A stretch of DNA of 64,000 bases from Candidatus Latescibacterota bacterium (GTDB lineage Bacteria > Latescibacterota > UBA2968 > UBA8231), in NCBI GenBank assembly GCA_965217585.1, contig OZ244561.1:2880001-2944000 (forward strand), read 5' to 3'. Each line of letters begins with the position of its first letter. The stretch's first letter is position 1. The notes beneath the pieces are model-generated. The model was not told the DNA's origin, did no database searches, and saw only the letters and a program-made list of their open reading frames with translations. The translations under genes were made by a program, and so were the position numbers. Shown one piece after another: positions 10,911 to 20,049 of this stretch.

Positions 10911-11076
10911 CTACGTACACGACAGTAGAAGCGGTATGAGATGCTTCGCTTCGCTCAGCATGACAGATGCTATCACTCTGTTCGCCGGTCATGCTGAGCG
11001 AAGCGAAGCGGAGTCGAAGCATCTTATACCTAGATGCTTATGCGTAACGTCCATTGGATGACTTTCGTGTAGTAAG
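10911..11076. mobile_element. MITE-like element with internal long palindrome
   Basis: Flanked by the 9-bp direct repeat gtcatgttc (10902-10910, 11077-11085); imperfect 16-bp terminal inverted repeats (ctacgtacacgacagt / actttcgtgtagtaag, 12/16); internal inverted repeat 10933-10964 / 10988-11030 (agatgcttcgcttcgctcagcatgac ... gtcatgctgagcgaag...cgaagcatct). Confidence 0.6.
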
Positions 11077-11113
11077 GTCATGTTCAAACGCAACTAAATG
11101 AAGGAGATTCAGG

Positions 11114-13555
11114 ATGCTGCGCAGTTACGTCGTAATCGCACTGCGGAACCTGCTGCGCGACAAGGTGGTGACCGGCATCAACATCGTGGGTTTGTCCGTC
11201 GCCATCGCAGTCAGCGCCATCCTTGGCATTGGCGTGCACGGCATGCTGACCGCGGATTGGAACCTCCGCGAGGATGACCGCCTCTTCCGCGTGGTGACGC
11301 GCGAGATTAGCGCTGCGGGTCACGTACAGCGCTCGGCTTGGCAGCGCGAGGATCTCGCGGCGGCGCTCGCGGAGACGTTTCCCGAGATCGCCAGCACCAC
11401 GCGCGTCATCAAGACGAGTATCCTAATGACGGTCGGCGAGCGCCATCTCGAACACGGGGTGGTCGAAGTTGATCCCCCGTTCCTGCGGATGTTCCACTAC
11501 CCCCTCACGGCCGGTGACCCCGCCACGGTGCTGAATGGCCTCGATCAGGTCGTCATTTCCAAGCGACTGGCCGAGCGGATGTTTGGGGATGAATTCAGAG
11601 ACTACCCAGCGCTCATCGGCCAGCAGATCGTCTTGCACGGCAACGAGGGTCCCGAGGCATACACCATCTCCGGCGTCTTTGCCGATCTGCCGAAAGAGCG
11701 GAGCTTGGATTTTGACGCGGCGGTCCGTTTTGAGAACCGAACCAAGTATGGCATGGTCAGTTACTGGGGCGCTACGGCTTCTACATACATCGCGCTTCAC
11801 CCTCTTGCCGAGCGGAAGGCGCTCGAAGCGAAGCTCCCGGAGTTCTCCCGCGAGTTCATCGCCCCGGTCTGGGAACGCTACAAAGGCGTTCGCTGGCAGG
11901 ACGATCCAAATGCCTTCCAACTAGAACTCCAAGACGCGCGGACGATCTACTTCGACTCGCAGGCCCAGACCTATTATGGCTATGAAAACTTCGTGCCCAT
12001 CGAGGGAATCCTCGCCCTCGTCGCCCTGATCGGAGTCATTCTGACCGTCGCCTGCCTCAACTTCACGACCCTCGCCGTAGCGGGTTCCATCGGCCGGAGC
12101 GCGGAAGTGGGCGTCCGCAAGGCGCTCGGTGCTAACAAGGCACAAATCGCCCTGCAGTTTTTGGGAGAGGGCGTCCTGCTGGCCTTTTTCTCCCTGATCG
12201 CCGGACTGGTCCTCGTGCAGTTGGGGCTGCCCGCCTTTAACGCGTACTATGGACTTGACGCTTGGTCCGGGCTAGCGCTCCACGACTTGGGGGCCTCGAT
12301 TATCGTCGGCGGAGGCGTCTTGTTGGTGGTGCTGATCGGCATCGCGGCGGGAAGCTATCCGGCCCTAATCGCGGCGCGCATGCAGCCTGCGTCTGTCGTC
12401 GGCGGGGTGTCGCTGTGGCGCAGAAGTAGGGTGACGAGCGCACTCCTGACCTTGCAGTACGGCATGGCGGTCCTCCTGATCTTCTGCACCATCGCGATTT
12501 TTCAGCAGTTGGCCTACATCCAGTCGCGCGACCTTGGATACGCGGCTGAGCAGGTCGTCGTTGTCAAGCTACGCGGTGCGGACCCGACGCGGCTTGGCGA
12601 ACGCTTCAAGGAGGCAACTCTTTCCCAGTCGGGCGTCGCTGGTGTAGCCCTGTTGCAGCGCGAGTTTCCGACTAGCACCAACACCAATTACATCAGGCGG
12701 CCGGACGGGGAGCGTATTACAGTGCATCAGTTTGCCGTTGACCCCGACTTCTTTACGACACTCGGCATTGGCCTCGTATCCGGTCGCTCCTTTGCGGCTG
12801 GACGGCTGGCAGACCGGACGGAAAGTGTCGTCGTCAACCAGAGTCTCGCGGACGCCTTCGGCTGGGGGGAAAATGCCGTTGGGGAATTCCTACCGGAGTA
12901 CGGGGGCTACGGGGTGAGCAAAACGCCTACCGTCATCGGCGTCACACCGGACTTCCACTTCCGCTCTCTTAGGGAGCCGATCAAACCCGCCGTGTTTCAC
13001 TATGGGCCGGCAGTGTCCTTTGAGCGAGCACTGGTGCGGCTGAATACACGCGAGGTTGACGACTCTCTCGCGGGCCTAGAGCAGCTATGGGAAAAGGTGG
13101 CACCCGAACAACCCTTTGAGTACGAGTTCCTCGACCAGACTTTTGCCCGTCAGTACGAGGATGACAAGGAAATCAGCCGCACCGTTACCCTTGCATCCGT
13201 CGTCGCCATTCTCATCGCCTGCATGGGCTTGTTCGGCCACGCGACCATCGTCCTGCAGCGGCGCACCAAGGAGATCGGCGTCCGCAAAGTACTCGGCGCT
13301 ACGGTGGCAGAGATCCTCGCTCTCTTGTCGCGCGACGTGACGAAAATGGTCGCCTTGGCCTGCCTGTTAGCGTTTCCGCTGGCCCACTTCTTGGTAGGCC
13401 AATGGTTGTCGCAATACGCCTATCAGTTCGGCTTGGGGCTGACGACCTATCTCCTCTGCGGGACGATCGCTTTTGCGATTGCACTGGGCACGGTGGCGTA
13501 CATAGGCGTCCGCGCCGCGCGTGAGAATCCCGTCAATGCGCTGCGCTATGAGTAG
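11114..13555 (+). CDS. Duplicated MacB/FtsX-family ABC permease
   Basis: AGGAG RBS; MLRSYVVIALRNL start; EVGVRKALGA and EIGVRKVLGA; ends NALRYE. Confidence 0.92.
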   Translation: MLRSYVVIALRNLLRDKVVTGINIVGLSVAIAVSAILGIGVHGMLTADWNLREDDRLFRVVTREISAAGHVQRSAWQREDLAAALAETFPEIASTTRVIKTSILMTVGERHLEHGVVEVDPPFLRMFHYPLTAGDPATVLNGLDQVVISKRLAERMFGDEFRDYPALIGQQIVLHGNEGPEAYTISGVFADLPKERSLDFDAAVRFENRTKYGMVSYWGATASTYIALHPLAERKALEAKLPEFSREFIAPVWERYKGVRWQDDPNAFQLELQDARTIYFDSQAQTYYGYENFVPIEGILALVALIGVILTVACLNFTTLAVAGSIGRSAEVGVRKALGANKAQIALQFLGEGVLLAFFSLIAGLVLVQLGLPAFNAYYGLDAWSGLALHDLGASIIVGGGVLLVVLIGIAAGSYPALIAARMQPASVVGGVSLWRRSRVTSALLTLQYGMAVLLIFCTIAIFQQLAYIQSRDLGYAAEQVVVVKLRGADPTRLGERFKEATLSQSGVAGVALLQREFPTSTNTNYIRRPDGERITVHQFAVDPDFFTTLGIGLVSGRSFAAGRLADRTESVVVNQSLADAFGWGENAVGEFLPEYGGYGVSKTPTVIGVTPDFHFRSLREPIKPAVFHYGPAVSFERALVRLNTREVDDSLAGLEQLWEKVAPEQPFEYEFLDQTFARQYEDDKEISRTVTLASVVAILIACMGLFGHATIVLQRRTKEIGVRKVLGATVAEILALLSRDVTKMVALACLLAFPLAHFLVGQWLSQYAYQFGLGLTTYLLCGTIAFAIALGTVAYIGVRAARENPVNALRYE

Positions 13556-13633
13556 TAATGCTTGAGAGCTAACGGTGCACCGCGAGTTGCTAACTGTCCT
13601 CAAACACTCAACGAGAATGCGAGAAATCACACT

Positions 13634-16027
13634 ATGTGGAAGAGCAACCTGATCATTGCCCTGCGCGTATTGGGGCGCAACAAGACGATCTCGCTGATCA
13701 ACATCATCGGCCTGTCCGTGGCCTTTGCCGTGGCGGTCCTGTGTCTGCTGTTCGTGCGCCACGAGACCTCCTTTGACGCTTGGCACGAAAAAGGGGATCG
13801 AATATTCGCCATCTATTATGACCATCCAGAGCCCGAACCCGGTGCTGCCTTCAACCGTTACACCAGGATACGTGACGATGAGCGCGAGGCTGTGCGCACC
13901 AAAGTCGCCGGTATCCGCGAATCGGTTTCCATGAAGTTGGGATACGGCAAAGTCTCGTACGGTGATGCGACCTTTGACGAGGCCTTCCTCGCTGTCGATC
14001 CGGCCTTCCTGACTATGTTCACCTTGCCGCTGGCTGCGGGCGATGCGGCGACGGCCCTCGACGATCCCCTGAGCGTTGTTCTCGCCCATGAGACGGCGCA
14101 GAAGTACTTCGGCCCCGATGTGCCAGCCCACGCCATGCTAGGCGAGCGCATCCGGCTGCACACCGTCGAGAAGGACTACTCGACATCGCCACCGCAGGAG
14201 ACACCCATCGAGGTAGAGCACACCGTTGCGGGCGTGCTGGCACCCCTGCCGGGGCCTTCTATTTTGCGTCTAAAGGTACTCGTGCCTGAGGTAACGGCCG
14301 AGGCTCTGCACTTCAGGGGTCTAGACGGACTTTTTATTGAACTCGAAGAGGGCGTGGAGCCTGCCGAAGTGGAAACGCGGCTGGAGCCCCTGGCCTCGCG
14401 GGACCGACCGAAGTTGCAGCCATTTGCAGGCGCTCACTTAGGACCTAGTATAACGGGACCCGCTGACTTTGGTTATGGCACGGTCGAGCATATCTATCTG
14501 CTGGCGGGGCTGGCCGCGCTGGTCTTGCTGATCGCTGCCATCAACTTCGTCAACCTCGCCATGAGCCGCGCCATGACGCGGACCTTGGAAGTCGGGGTGC
14601 GCAAGGCGATCGGCGCGACGCGCCACCAGCTTTCCAACCAATTCCTCGCCGAAGCAATCGTGGTGAGCCTAATCGCCATCGTCGTTGGCATGGGCCTCGC
14701 CGAAGTCCTGCTGCCGACATTTAACGAGGTCGCGAATCAGCAGTTAGAGATCGAGTGGCTGTCGGTCGAGACGGGGATAGGTGCCTTAGCCCTTGCCTTG
14801 ATGGTCGGCGTACTCTCGGGCCTGTATCCGGCCCAAGTGATTGCGCGGCTCCATCCCGTCCGGGCACTGTCCCGCAAGACGCCTCAGCCGGGTCGCGGTT
14901 GGCTCGGTCGCGGTCTGATTGTCGTGCAGTTTGCCCTGTCGGCCGTCCTCGTCGTTGTGACGATCACTATGGCGCGACAGCTCGACTTTATGCGCACCAA
15001 GGATTTGGGCTTCGATGGGGACCAAGTCGCGCTGGTTCTCCACAAAGGCGATCTCAATGCTTTGCAGATTGAGCGCCTCGCCGGCGAGATCAATTCCCGA
15101 CCGGGACTCGTACAAGGAGTCACCGGTGCCTGGTCAGCACCCGGCACCGGCGGCTTTCCCCCCATGCCAATCCGGTCCGATGAGAAAGTGCTCCACGCCA
15201 AGCCCTTCTACGTGAGTCCAAACTTCCTGAGCGTCATGGGCATTGAGGTCCTCTCCGGGCAGGGCTTCGATCCGAATCGGCCGCACGGCGTCCTGCTCAA
15301 CGAGACCGCTGCACACTTCTTCGGCCCTGAAGACCTAATCGGCCGCACCTTGACAGGCCTTGGTGACGAGCCGATGACGGTGATCGGCGTAGTCAAGGAT
15401 TTCCACTTCAATACCATGCATCATTCCATAGGACCGGCTCTTCTGACGACGCGTCCGCTTATATCCAAGCCCAAATTGCGAGACCGGTTCACGAACACCC
15501 TAGTCCGGCTCGACCGCGCCGACCTGCCCGCGGCGGTCGAAGAAGTAAAGGCGCTGTGGAAGCGGGTTATGCCGGGATACGAATTATACCGCGTGAAATT
15601 CCTCGACGAGAGATTTGCAGCGGAATACTGGGAAGAGCAGCGCGTCAGCCTTGTCATGAGATGGATGAGTGCCGTCGCCATTGTGATCTCTTGCATGGGG
15701 CTTTTTGGCTTGGTCGCTTTGGCGGCCGTGCGGCGCACCAAGGAAATTGGCATCCGCAAGGTATTGGGAGCTACGACTAGCAGCGTGCTGCTGTTGATGT
15801 CGCGCGAATTCGGCTGGCTGGTGGTGGTGGCCAACGTCATTGCCTGGCCTGTGGCTTATTTCGTGTTGAATCGCTGGCTCGCGTTCTACGCCTATCGCAT
15901 CGACATTGGCTTGGGTTGGTTTGTGTTGGCGGGCGTGGGCGTTCTCGCGGTCGCGTTGGCCACTGTCAGCAGCCAGACGTGGCTGGCGGCGCGGGCCAAT
16001 CCGGCGGATGCGTTGAGATACGAGTAG
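13634..16027 (+). CDS. Duplicated MacB/FtsX-family ABC permease
   Basis: Near-identical to 5965-8364 including about 50 bp of upstream sequence; ends DALRYE. Confidence 0.92.
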   Translation: MWKSNLIIALRVLGRNKTISLINIIGLSVAFAVAVLCLLFVRHETSFDAWHEKGDRIFAIYYDHPEPEPGAAFNRYTRIRDDEREAVRTKVAGIRESVSMKLGYGKVSYGDATFDEAFLAVDPAFLTMFTLPLAAGDAATALDDPLSVVLAHETAQKYFGPDVPAHAMLGERIRLHTVEKDYSTSPPQETPIEVEHTVAGVLAPLPGPSILRLKVLVPEVTAEALHFRGLDGLFIELEEGVEPAEVETRLEPLASRDRPKLQPFAGAHLGPSITGPADFGYGTVEHIYLLAGLAALVLLIAAINFVNLAMSRAMTRTLEVGVRKAIGATRHQLSNQFLAEAIVVSLIAIVVGMGLAEVLLPTFNEVANQQLEIEWLSVETGIGALALALMVGVLSGLYPAQVIARLHPVRALSRKTPQPGRGWLGRGLIVVQFALSAVLVVVTITMARQLDFMRTKDLGFDGDQVALVLHKGDLNALQIERLAGEINSRPGLVQGVTGAWSAPGTGGFPPMPIRSDEKVLHAKPFYVSPNFLSVMGIEVLSGQGFDPNRPHGVLLNETAAHFFGPEDLIGRTLTGLGDEPMTVIGVVKDFHFNTMHHSIGPALLTTRPLISKPKLRDRFTNTLVRLDRADLPAAVEEVKALWKRVMPGYELYRVKFLDERFAAEYWEEQRVSLVMRWMSAVAIVISCMGLFGLVALAAVRRTKEIGIRKVLGATTSSVLLLMSREFGWLVVVANVIAWPVAYFVLNRWLAFYAYRIDIGLGWFVLAGVGVLAVALATVSSQTWLAARANPADALRYE

Positions 16028-16064
16028 TGCGCGGAATCTACCGCCATTCGGTCTAACTCTATAA

Positions 16065-16147
16065 CTGACGTTACGCATAGGTTCGGTATAAGTGGCCAGT
16101 GGCCAGGTTTGTGGTAGGGGCGGCCGGTCGCCCCTACGTAACGTCAT
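16065..16147. mobile_element. Small MITE-like element containing a GTAG-type REP hairpin
   Basis: Inverted ends tgacgttacgca (16066-16077) / tacgtaacgtca (16135-16146); flanking direct repeat tctataa (16058-16064, 16148-16154); internal hairpin gtaggggcg-N6-cgcccctac (16114-16137). Confidence 0.6.
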
Positions 16148-16200
16148 TCTATAAGTTGGAGGGCCGATGGCTCCGAGTAATTGATGAAAGGAGGGCCGCA

Positions 16201-18456
16201 ATGGTACCCTCGCAGCTCCAGTCGGCCGTTGTTGCTTCGGCCCTTGCCACTTCCGCGGCGCTTGCCGAAGAAAACGTAGTTTACTGGGTCTCGGCACCGG
16301 TTCAGCCCGGAGAGACCGTGATGATGTGCGGCTTTTTCCCGCAGCCCGACGCCGTGGAAATTGCGGTGGAGCGCCTTGCAGACCGAGATCCCGACAAGCC
16401 TTCCGAGCAGCCGTGGCAGCCGTGGCAGCCCCCCGAGGGTAAGATGCCCGGAACCGTCAAACCACTCCAGACGAGTGAGACCGCCCTGATGTTCGAGCTG
16501 CCCGAGCACGGCACACCCGGCGTGTATTACTACGCTGTGCACTCGGATGCGACCGACGTGAGCTTCGGGCGTCTCAACGCGCCGGTGCCTTGGTGGACGC
16601 TCGGCGACGTCGTCGCTACCGACACCCCTTTTGGCAAATGGCGCTTGGAGGACGGTGCCGCTTATGCTGGCGGCAGGCTGCGCATCATCGGGCGCTGCCT
16701 GAAGCTGGGGGAGAAAGAGCCAACCGTGGCCCTCCGATCCGAGGACGGGCGCGTGACGCTGCTACAACCAGAAAAAGCGGAGCCTTTCTCGCTCGCAGCG
16801 ATGGTGCCGGAAGGGCTGGCCCCAGGCCGCTATGAGCTGTTTGTGCACAATGGGTACGGCGGGCAGCACGCTTGGAGCGAACCGCTCGACATTGCGGTCC
16901 TGCACCGGGAGGAAGAAAAGGACCAGTCCCTGATAGAGGCGGCTGATTTCGGGGCGGAGGGGGACGATGAGCAGGACGACACCGGTGCGATTCAGTCGGC
17001 GCTGAAGGAGGCGGGCGAGCGCGGCGGGGGCGTCGTGCTGGTACCGCGGGGACGCTTTGTCGTCAGCGAGAAGCTGGTAATTCCGCCGCATGTCACGCTT
17101 CGCGGAGCAGGGCGCGAGCTGACCGCCCTCTGCATGGCGGATACTGACGATCCGCCCGACGCCTGGATCGAAGGCTCCCACCACTTCGCCATTGAGGACC
17201 TCACCTTCTACTGCAACCACCACTACCACGTCATCTCCAACAACACCGCAGCAGCCGTCCACACTCCGGCTGCTCCCATAGAGGACCCAGAGACCGCTGG
17301 CCACGTGCGCCTTACTCGGGTGCGCGTGCGGGCCGACTCGTTCAGGGGGCACCTGTCGCCGGACAAGCAGGAGGAGCGCGCCCGCACCCCCGGGCCGCGC
17401 GACACCATCCGCCTGAGCGGCCCCGACATCCGCATAACGGACTGCGACGTGTACGGCTCCGAGCGCTCCATCTACCTCCACTACGTGGTCGGGGCTATAG
17501 TGGAGAACAACATCTTCTACAACGGGCGCTCGGGCTGGATGAACTTCAACGGCTGTGAGAACATCGTCTTCGAGGGCAACCGCATCGTCGGTGCCGACCT
17601 GATGTCCACCGGTGGGGGATACGCGTGCTTTACCCGAGGAGTCTCCCGCAATATCTACACCGCCCACAATAGCTATGAGAACATGAACGGCTGGGACCGG
17701 GAGGCGTTCACCTCCGACGCCGGCGGCGGGGCGTACTTCGGTCCCGTGGCCGCGGTCGAGGGGGGCTGGATCTTGCTGGCAGGTGACCCGAAGTGGCAGC
17801 ACCGGCATTGGACCAACACCCTCGTCGCCGTCATTGCCGGGCGGGGGCGCGGCCAGTACCGGTTCGTGAAGTCGTGGGACGGGAGGCGGGTGCAGCTAGA
17901 TCGGCCGTTCGACGTTCCGCTGGACGAGACCTCGCGGGTCACGGTCACCATGACGCACCGGCGCTACATCTTCTACAACAACGAAACCCGCGACGCCGGC
18001 ATCGCCATCCAGTTCTACGGCACGGCCACCGAACACATCGTGGCCAATAACCGCAGTTGGCGCACCGACGGGTACCGCGCGTACGGTTTCTCCTACACGG
18101 GAGGAGTCCAGCCCAACCTCTATCTGCAGTTCCTCGGCAACGAGATCCGCGAGGGCAACTGCTACCGCTTCGCCGACCCCTTGGTCTATCCGGCGCGCCT
18201 GAGCGTGGAAGGCACCCTGCCGAGCCTGCACTTTGGCTCCGTCCTGCGCAACAATCACCTCCACAACAATGCGCAGATCGAGGTGGGCGTGGGTGCGGAC
18301 AGCGATGGAGCAACGGAGAACGTGGTGGTCGAGGGCAACACGGTTGAGAACTCCGATCTCGGGATACTCGTGGACGCAGGATGCCGGAACGTGCTGCTGC
18401 GACGGAACCAGACCGAGGGCTGTCTCGTGCCGCTGCTGGACAACCGGGCGCGGTAG
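16201..18456 (+). CDS. Right-handed beta-helix (pectate lyase 3/GH28-like) secreted glycan-active protein
   Basis: AGGAGG RBS; hydrophobic Ala-rich N-terminus; DFGAEGDDEQDDTGAIQSAL...GGGVVLVPRGRF motif; repeated NIVFEGN/NVVVEGN beta-helix turns. Confidence 0.75.
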   Translation: MVPSQLQSAVVASALATSAALAEENVVYWVSAPVQPGETVMMCGFFPQPDAVEIAVERLADRDPDKPSEQPWQPWQPPEGKMPGTVKPLQTSETALMFELPEHGTPGVYYYAVHSDATDVSFGRLNAPVPWWTLGDVVATDTPFGKWRLEDGAAYAGGRLRIIGRCLKLGEKEPTVALRSEDGRVTLLQPEKAEPFSLAAMVPEGLAPGRYELFVHNGYGGQHAWSEPLDIAVLHREEEKDQSLIEAADFGAEGDDEQDDTGAIQSALKEAGERGGGVVLVPRGRFVVSEKLVIPPHVTLRGAGRELTALCMADTDDPPDAWIEGSHHFAIEDLTFYCNHHYHVISNNTAAAVHTPAAPIEDPETAGHVRLTRVRVRADSFRGHLSPDKQEERARTPGPRDTIRLSGPDIRITDCDVYGSERSIYLHYVVGAIVENNIFYNGRSGWMNFNGCENIVFEGNRIVGADLMSTGGGYACFTRGVSRNIYTAHNSYENMNGWDREAFTSDAGGGAYFGPVAAVEGGWILLAGDPKWQHRHWTNTLVAVIAGRGRGQYRFVKSWDGRRVQLDRPFDVPLDETSRVTVTMTHRRYIFYNNETRDAGIAIQFYGTATEHIVANNRSWRTDGYRAYGFSYTGGVQPNLYLQFLGNEIREGNCYRFADPLVYPARLSVEGTLPSLHFGSVLRNNHLHNNAQIEVGVGADSDGATENVVVEGNTVENSDLGILVDAGCRNVLLRRNQTEGCLVPLLDNRAR

Positions 18457-18486
18457 AAGAGAATTTCGAGGTGTGGAGACGTTATC

Positions 18487-18539
18487 ATAATGCAGCCCTC
18501 ACCTAGGACTTTTCCCGCCGCGTCGGTTTATTTTTTGCG
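18487..18539. repeat. Copy 1 of PNPOx-like gene 3'-end/downstream repeat
   Basis: ataatgcagccctcacctaggacttttcccgccgcgtcggtttattttttgcg matches 40415 onward, 39431 onward and 41925 onward. Confidence 0.9.
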
Positions 18540-18574
18540 TTCCTTTGAAGGCCCTGTAGTCCTGCCGCCCGGAC

Positions 18575-19675
18575 TCATCCCCCTCCCAGAGCCCGCCCCA
18601 GGAAATCCACCGCGCGCGGGATGGCACCTCCCAGCGTTAAGATCTGGTGTCCGCCTCCCTCGTAGATGAACGCCTCGAATTCGGGGGGCTCACGTCCCAG
18701 CGCTTCCATGGCTCGGATCAGGGAATGGGCCTGGCTGACGGAAACGGTTCCATCAGCGTCGCCGTGGTGGAGCTGGACCGCGGGCAGGTCCTCGGCGAAC
18801 AGGACCGAGGAGCGGCGCACCAGCTCGAGGCGAACTTCTGCGAGATTGACTTCACCTCTCATGTAGGGCTGGATGAAGGTGGAATCGATGTGGGCGACCC
18901 CAGGCAGGTCGCGCGGAAAGCCCATGGCCGCGTCCCGCGCAATCTCCCGGACCCAGTCGTCGAAGAAGTCGGTGGGCCCGAAGAGGGCCACAATGTTCTC
19001 GATGCGCTCGTCGCGGATCCCGGCCAGCAGGGCGACGCCTGCTCCTCGGCTGCCGCCGACGATGCTCAGGCCTTCGATCCTCGCCTGCGGCGTCAGCTCC
19101 AATGCAACGTTGAGGAGCGCCAGGGCGTCGTCCACGTCGTAGTCCCAGTGACCGCCTGGGCCCGTCGAAACCCACTTTCGGTCCTCGTACTCGAGCGGTT
19201 CGCTGCGAAAGGACGGGATCACGTAGACGAAACTGTCGCGCAGTTCGCCGAGGGCGTAGATCACGATGTCGATGTCATCCACCTCGACGCCGCTGTCGCC
19301 CCCGTGCAGGTACATCAGGATGGGCAAGCTGCCCAAAGCCGCGGAGTCGGGGGCGAGGATCGCTCCGTAGTGGAGTACCTCCCCCATCCTGTGGGACACG
19401 ATGCGCAGGGTTGCCGGGGTTTCGTCCAGCGGATACGACTCGGTGAGTTCGATGGTCGCCTCAGCCGCGGAAATGTCGCGCCGGGCCCAGTCGGCGCGGA
19501 CGGCCTCCACCTCGGCCGCGGTCGGAGGCGCGAAGAGGTCGTCGAGTTTGGCCTCCAGGTCGATCGCGTCGGCAACGGGCTCCACCGGATCGCCGGCCTG
19601 ATCGCATCCCGCCAGCAGCCCAAGCAGCAGCACAGCCGACAATAGCCCCCGCACGCATCGACGCCAGAGGGGCAC
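18575..19675 (-). CDS. Alpha/beta hydrolase (S9-like) lipoprotein
   Basis: Lipobox LLAGC; HGG, GGSRG nucleophile elbow, HGDADGTV, GGGH; start set at GTG after GGGAG rather than the longer ORF call. Confidence 0.8.
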   Translation of the reverse strand: MPLWRRCVRGLLSAVLLLGLLAGCDQAGDPVEPVADAIDLEAKLDDLFAPPTAAEVEAVRADWARRDISAAEATIELTESYPLDETPATLRIVSHRMGEVLHYGAILAPDSAALGSLPILMYLHGGDSGVEVDDIDIVIYALGELRDSFVYVIPSFRSEPLEYEDRKWVSTGPGGHWDYDVDDALALLNVALELTPQARIEGLSIVGGSRGAGVALLAGIRDERIENIVALFGPTDFFDDWVREIARDAAMGFPRDLPGVAHIDSTFIQPYMRGEVNLAEVRLELVRRSSVLFAEDLPAVQLHHGDADGTVSVSQAHSLIRAMEALGREPPEFEAFIYEGGGHQILTLGGAIPRAVDFLGRALGGG

Positions 19676-19845
19676 GCACGCTCCCACCCTTCGCAATGCA
19701 CCATCCTCTGCGGAACGGGCGTTCCGATCGCCTGCCGAGCGCACCGGGTCCGGGGTGCGTCGAATGTCCAGACCACCTGTCTTCAAGAGCGACTCCTGAG
19801 TTCCCGCCCTGATATAACCTGCCCTAAGCACCCTAATATAAGCCC

Positions 19846-19929
19846 GTTGCGCCCTTCGTGTTCCGGGTTGAACCGGATACGGGCCGGAACACGAAGGGCG
19901 CAACCAGACCGTACTGGGAGTCCTGTCGA
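19846..19929. repeat. Dispersed ~80-bp repeat, copy A, with perfect 21-bp hairpin arms
   Basis: gttgcgcccttcgtgttccgg (19846-19866) / ccggaacacgaagggcgcaac (19884-19904) followed by cagaccgtactgggagtcctgtcga; related copies at 24828 and 40525. Confidence 0.85.
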
Positions 19930-19983
19930 AGGACCCGCCAGGGACCATGAGGAGTTTGGCCTGACCCTGGTCTGGGCTGAGCG

Positions 19984-20016
19984 CCTTGACAGAGAATCCC
20001 CAAAAGACCTTTTATT
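19984..20016 (+). promoter_or_regulatory. Repeated promoter-like module (TTGACA-containing)
   Basis: 29/33 identical to 36975-37007; both lie just upstream of an RBS and a catabolic gene. Confidence 0.5.
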
Positions 20017-20049
20017 CGGGAGTGACCTACCTCGCGCGAAGGAGGAGTG

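Noticed and set aside
16408-16430. 9-bp tandem repeat (QPWQPWQP) as a phase-variation tract
   Set aside because: In-frame and only about 2.5 units; probably a linker.
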